From NCBI GenBank assembly GCA_028534125.1, contig CM052817.1, positions 104,224,001 to 104,288,000 on the forward strand: a DNA stretch of 64,000 nt, in the 5' to 3' direction. Shown here one piece after another: positions 61,544 to 64,000 of the stretch. Numbering within the stretch: position 1 is the first letter of the stretch; each line of letters begins with the position of its first letter. Made by a program: the position numbers and the translations under genes. The stretch is from Lama glama (lineage: Eukaryota). The notes beneath the pieces were generated by a model. It was not told the DNA's origin and made no database searches. It saw nothing but the letters and a program-made list of their open reading frames with translations.

Positions 61544-62134
61544 TGTTTCCGGAGAATAGCTTCTTGCCTCATGTAGGAAAGAATTCAGGAGCAAGGCATA
61601 GTAAAGTGAAAGCAAGTTTATTTAGACAGCTACACACTCCATAGAGAGAGTGTGCTCTGTTTCGCGCAGAAGGGGAAGCGACTTAGGAGATTCACACTCC
61701 GTAGGCAGAATGCGGGCCATCTCAAAAGGTGAGGGAGCGAGAAGCCGAGAGGTGTTGGATGTTTCATTTAAAGTAAAAGTAGATACACACTCCACAGGCA
61801 GAGTGTGAGCTATTTCAGAAAGCCAGAGAGAAAGCGACCACGAAGTGTGGACTTGCCAGTTTTTATGGGCTGAGTAATTTCACATGCTAACGAGTAGGAG
61901 GATTATTCCAACTATTGCGAGGAAGGGGCAGGGATTTCCAGGAACTGGGTCCCACCCCCTTTTGCCCTTTTGTGGTCAGCCGAGGCACTGTCATGGCACC
62001 AGTGGGTGTGCCGTGAGGCTCAAGATCTCCTGGAATTCGATCTTCTGCCATCTTGGTTCTAACCAGTGTGTCCTATCCTCATTGCCGTGTCATTCCTTCA
62101 ATGGCTGTGCCCTGCCCCCTTCCCTCCTGTCTCA
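61544..62134 (-). mobile_element. ERV1 (MER4-group-like) solo LTR
   Basis: TG...CA ends, near-TSD taag/caag, aaagtgaaagcaagtttatt (minus-strand AATAAA), gccatcttgg, ends cctcctgtctca. Confidence 0.8.
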
Positions 62135-62624
62135 CAAGCAAAAAGTGCTTAAGGATTTAAACCTTCACTATAAGTCACCTTATAGTTGTTCCCAGTTTCT
62201 AACTTAACTCAAAAGTGGAGAGCCCATCTTGTCCTATCACTGATTTTACTATGAACAGTTACGTATTGGGCTCTGTATCAGTTAGCAGTCCCCATCCTAC
62301 CGTCCAACAGGGAACCGCTCTCCAGCTGAGAAAGCTCACATCCTACTCAGAGAAATCAGAAGGTCCCCAGGACCTATTTCCATTTCATAGCAGTAAATCT
62401 AATATAGTTATCTAATCTGCAGACTGTCTGGTCTAAAGACTTCCAAAATTCATCCCCAGCAGGCAGTCCTTGGTGGTGGCAAGGACTCAAAGTCTTCAAG
62501 GACAATTCACAGGTATGTGTGAGCCCTTCAGAGCATCCAGGCAGGCGTCCAGAGTAGCAGCTGGTGTGAGTTTTAGGCATGCAAGTTATAGTCTTTTTGA
62601 GGATCAAGGGAGTACTCTTGGAAA

Positions 62625-62657
62625 ACACACACACACACACACGCACACACACACACA
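62625..62657. repeat. (CA)n microsatellite
   Basis: Read directly from the sequence. Confidence 0.95.
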
Positions 62658-63539
62658 CCCCATCCTAAGAAGCAAACAATTCTCAGGTTTATTGGAGCCA
62701 CTGAGGAAGGGAAGCATACTTCTAACTACCCCTTCCTCCCCTTACTTGCAAGTTGTTCCTTTCATCATGGAGATGGGACTTCATTATTATTCTGGGGGGG
62801 AAGAGTGTTCGGTCTTCAAGACTTCTATTCCTCAGTGACACGTAGTTAAAGAAATAGCCACATCTCTAAATTTTCTGATGGAAAAAAAATCTCTAAATTT
62901 TTCAAATCTTTAGACAAGGACTCTTCTCAAGTCTCAAATTTGAGGGTGGTTTTCTAGATGAGTGGAGGTAGGGGAAGCTGTCTCTGTTCCGTGTATGTGG
63001 TGAAGAAGGGAGGCCTTGGCTGGGCTCCTGACTCCTACAGGGGGGGCAGAATTTTAGGAAGGAAAGAGTTGCAGAGGTAGACAGACAAGGTAGAGGCAGG
63101 CAACTGCATTTTTTTATATATGGAAAAAAGTTCTTATTTTAAGACTGAATCACATTAGACCTGGGGTGCTGTAAGATCCGTATAATAAGCTTCACCTGGA
63201 GAAACGGCCTTGGCTTTCAGCCCACTGGGCTGCACGGCTTCCAGGGGCACAGCTCACATGCTGTTTATGCGAAGAGCCCCTTGGAGCAGGGTGCCATTTA
63301 CACGGATTACAGTGGGGCCTCCTGGAGCCGTGTAACACAGCTGGTAGCCGCAAAAGCCTTTGGTGTAGAGAGAATTGTAATTTTCATGTAAATTATTTGG
63401 AACCGTATTTTCTTTGGAGAACTGTCCAGAATCAACCTTCTCCTTCGGCTGATGCTAAGTGAAACATCTTTCCTCAGAGTGTGGATAGTACTCATTGCCC
63501 TGCTTGTTCCCCAAAGTTGGTCTACTTGTGAGTTTCCCC

Positions 63540-63630
63540 TCTACCTCTAAGCTCCCGATCTCTTTCATCTCTTTACCTATAGTTGCAAGCCCAGTGTCTG
63601 GTGCAAAGGCAGTGTTTAATAAATGTTTCC
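63540..63630 (+). mobile_element. L2 3' tail
   Basis: cccagtgtctggtgcaaaggcagtgtttaataaatgttt. Confidence 0.55.
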
Positions 63631-64000
63631 TGCATCAAAAGTAAATTATTCTCTGTGATATATACCCAACTACCTTGCCTTTTTTTCTTCCTAATTTGGA
63701 TTTGCTGTCAATTTAGTTCACAGAGAATGCACTGTGCTCCTATTTATTAAATTAAATATCTGCTAAGAGCAGCATATTAAAAATTAAGCTTAGTTAAATC
63801 TCAATTTCCTGCGATCATCATAGAAGTTGCTCATTGCTGCATCTCATATTAGCTTGGTTCAGTGGTTAGACGGTAATTAACATGAATACTTAATGACCAC
63901 TTTCCTATTCTGATATATTGCTAATGATCCTTACAGTTTAAAGTGCATTAGGGTTAATTATAAATGTTCATAATTTGCCTCCCCTTCTGACTGACAGTAT

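Noticed and set aside
1..64000. CRISPR array, prokaryotic operon, NUMT or non-retroviral viral insertion
   Set aside because: No regularly spaced repeats, no gene-dense ORFs, and no mitochondrial or viral protein motifs that I can recognise; the sequence is typical mammalian non-coding DNA.

Overview
Mammalian nuclear DNA, most likely camelid (alpaca/camel). The taxon call rests on two tRNA-derived Vic-1-type SINEs, camelid-type L1 3' ends and cetartiodactyl ERV1 LTRs. The window is repeat-rich and has two 500-N assembly gaps. I cannot identify any protein-coding gene, RNA gene or CRISPR array with confidence; the only recognisable proteins are decayed L1 ORF2 pieces and a fossil ERV-L integrase/dUTPase. 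Repeat family names come from recalled consensus sequences and need RepeatMasker/Dfam confirmation. Main observations: (1) a SINE plus L1 3' tail with AATAAA and T8 inside one perfect 16-bp target-site duplication (TSD) at 47790-48013, i.e. a 3'-transduction or chimera; (2) a deeply nested ERV-L/LTR41/MLT2/MLT1 stack carrying a near-consensus CTCF motif; (3) two L1s inserted successively at the same target site; (4) a 10:2 minus-strand bias of LTRs, suggesting an intron of a plus-strand transcript, with a few weak exon candidates; (5) hairpins and motif clusters in unique DNA. I found no convincing previously undescribed biological system; the findings are hypotheses about transposon history and regulatory DNA.
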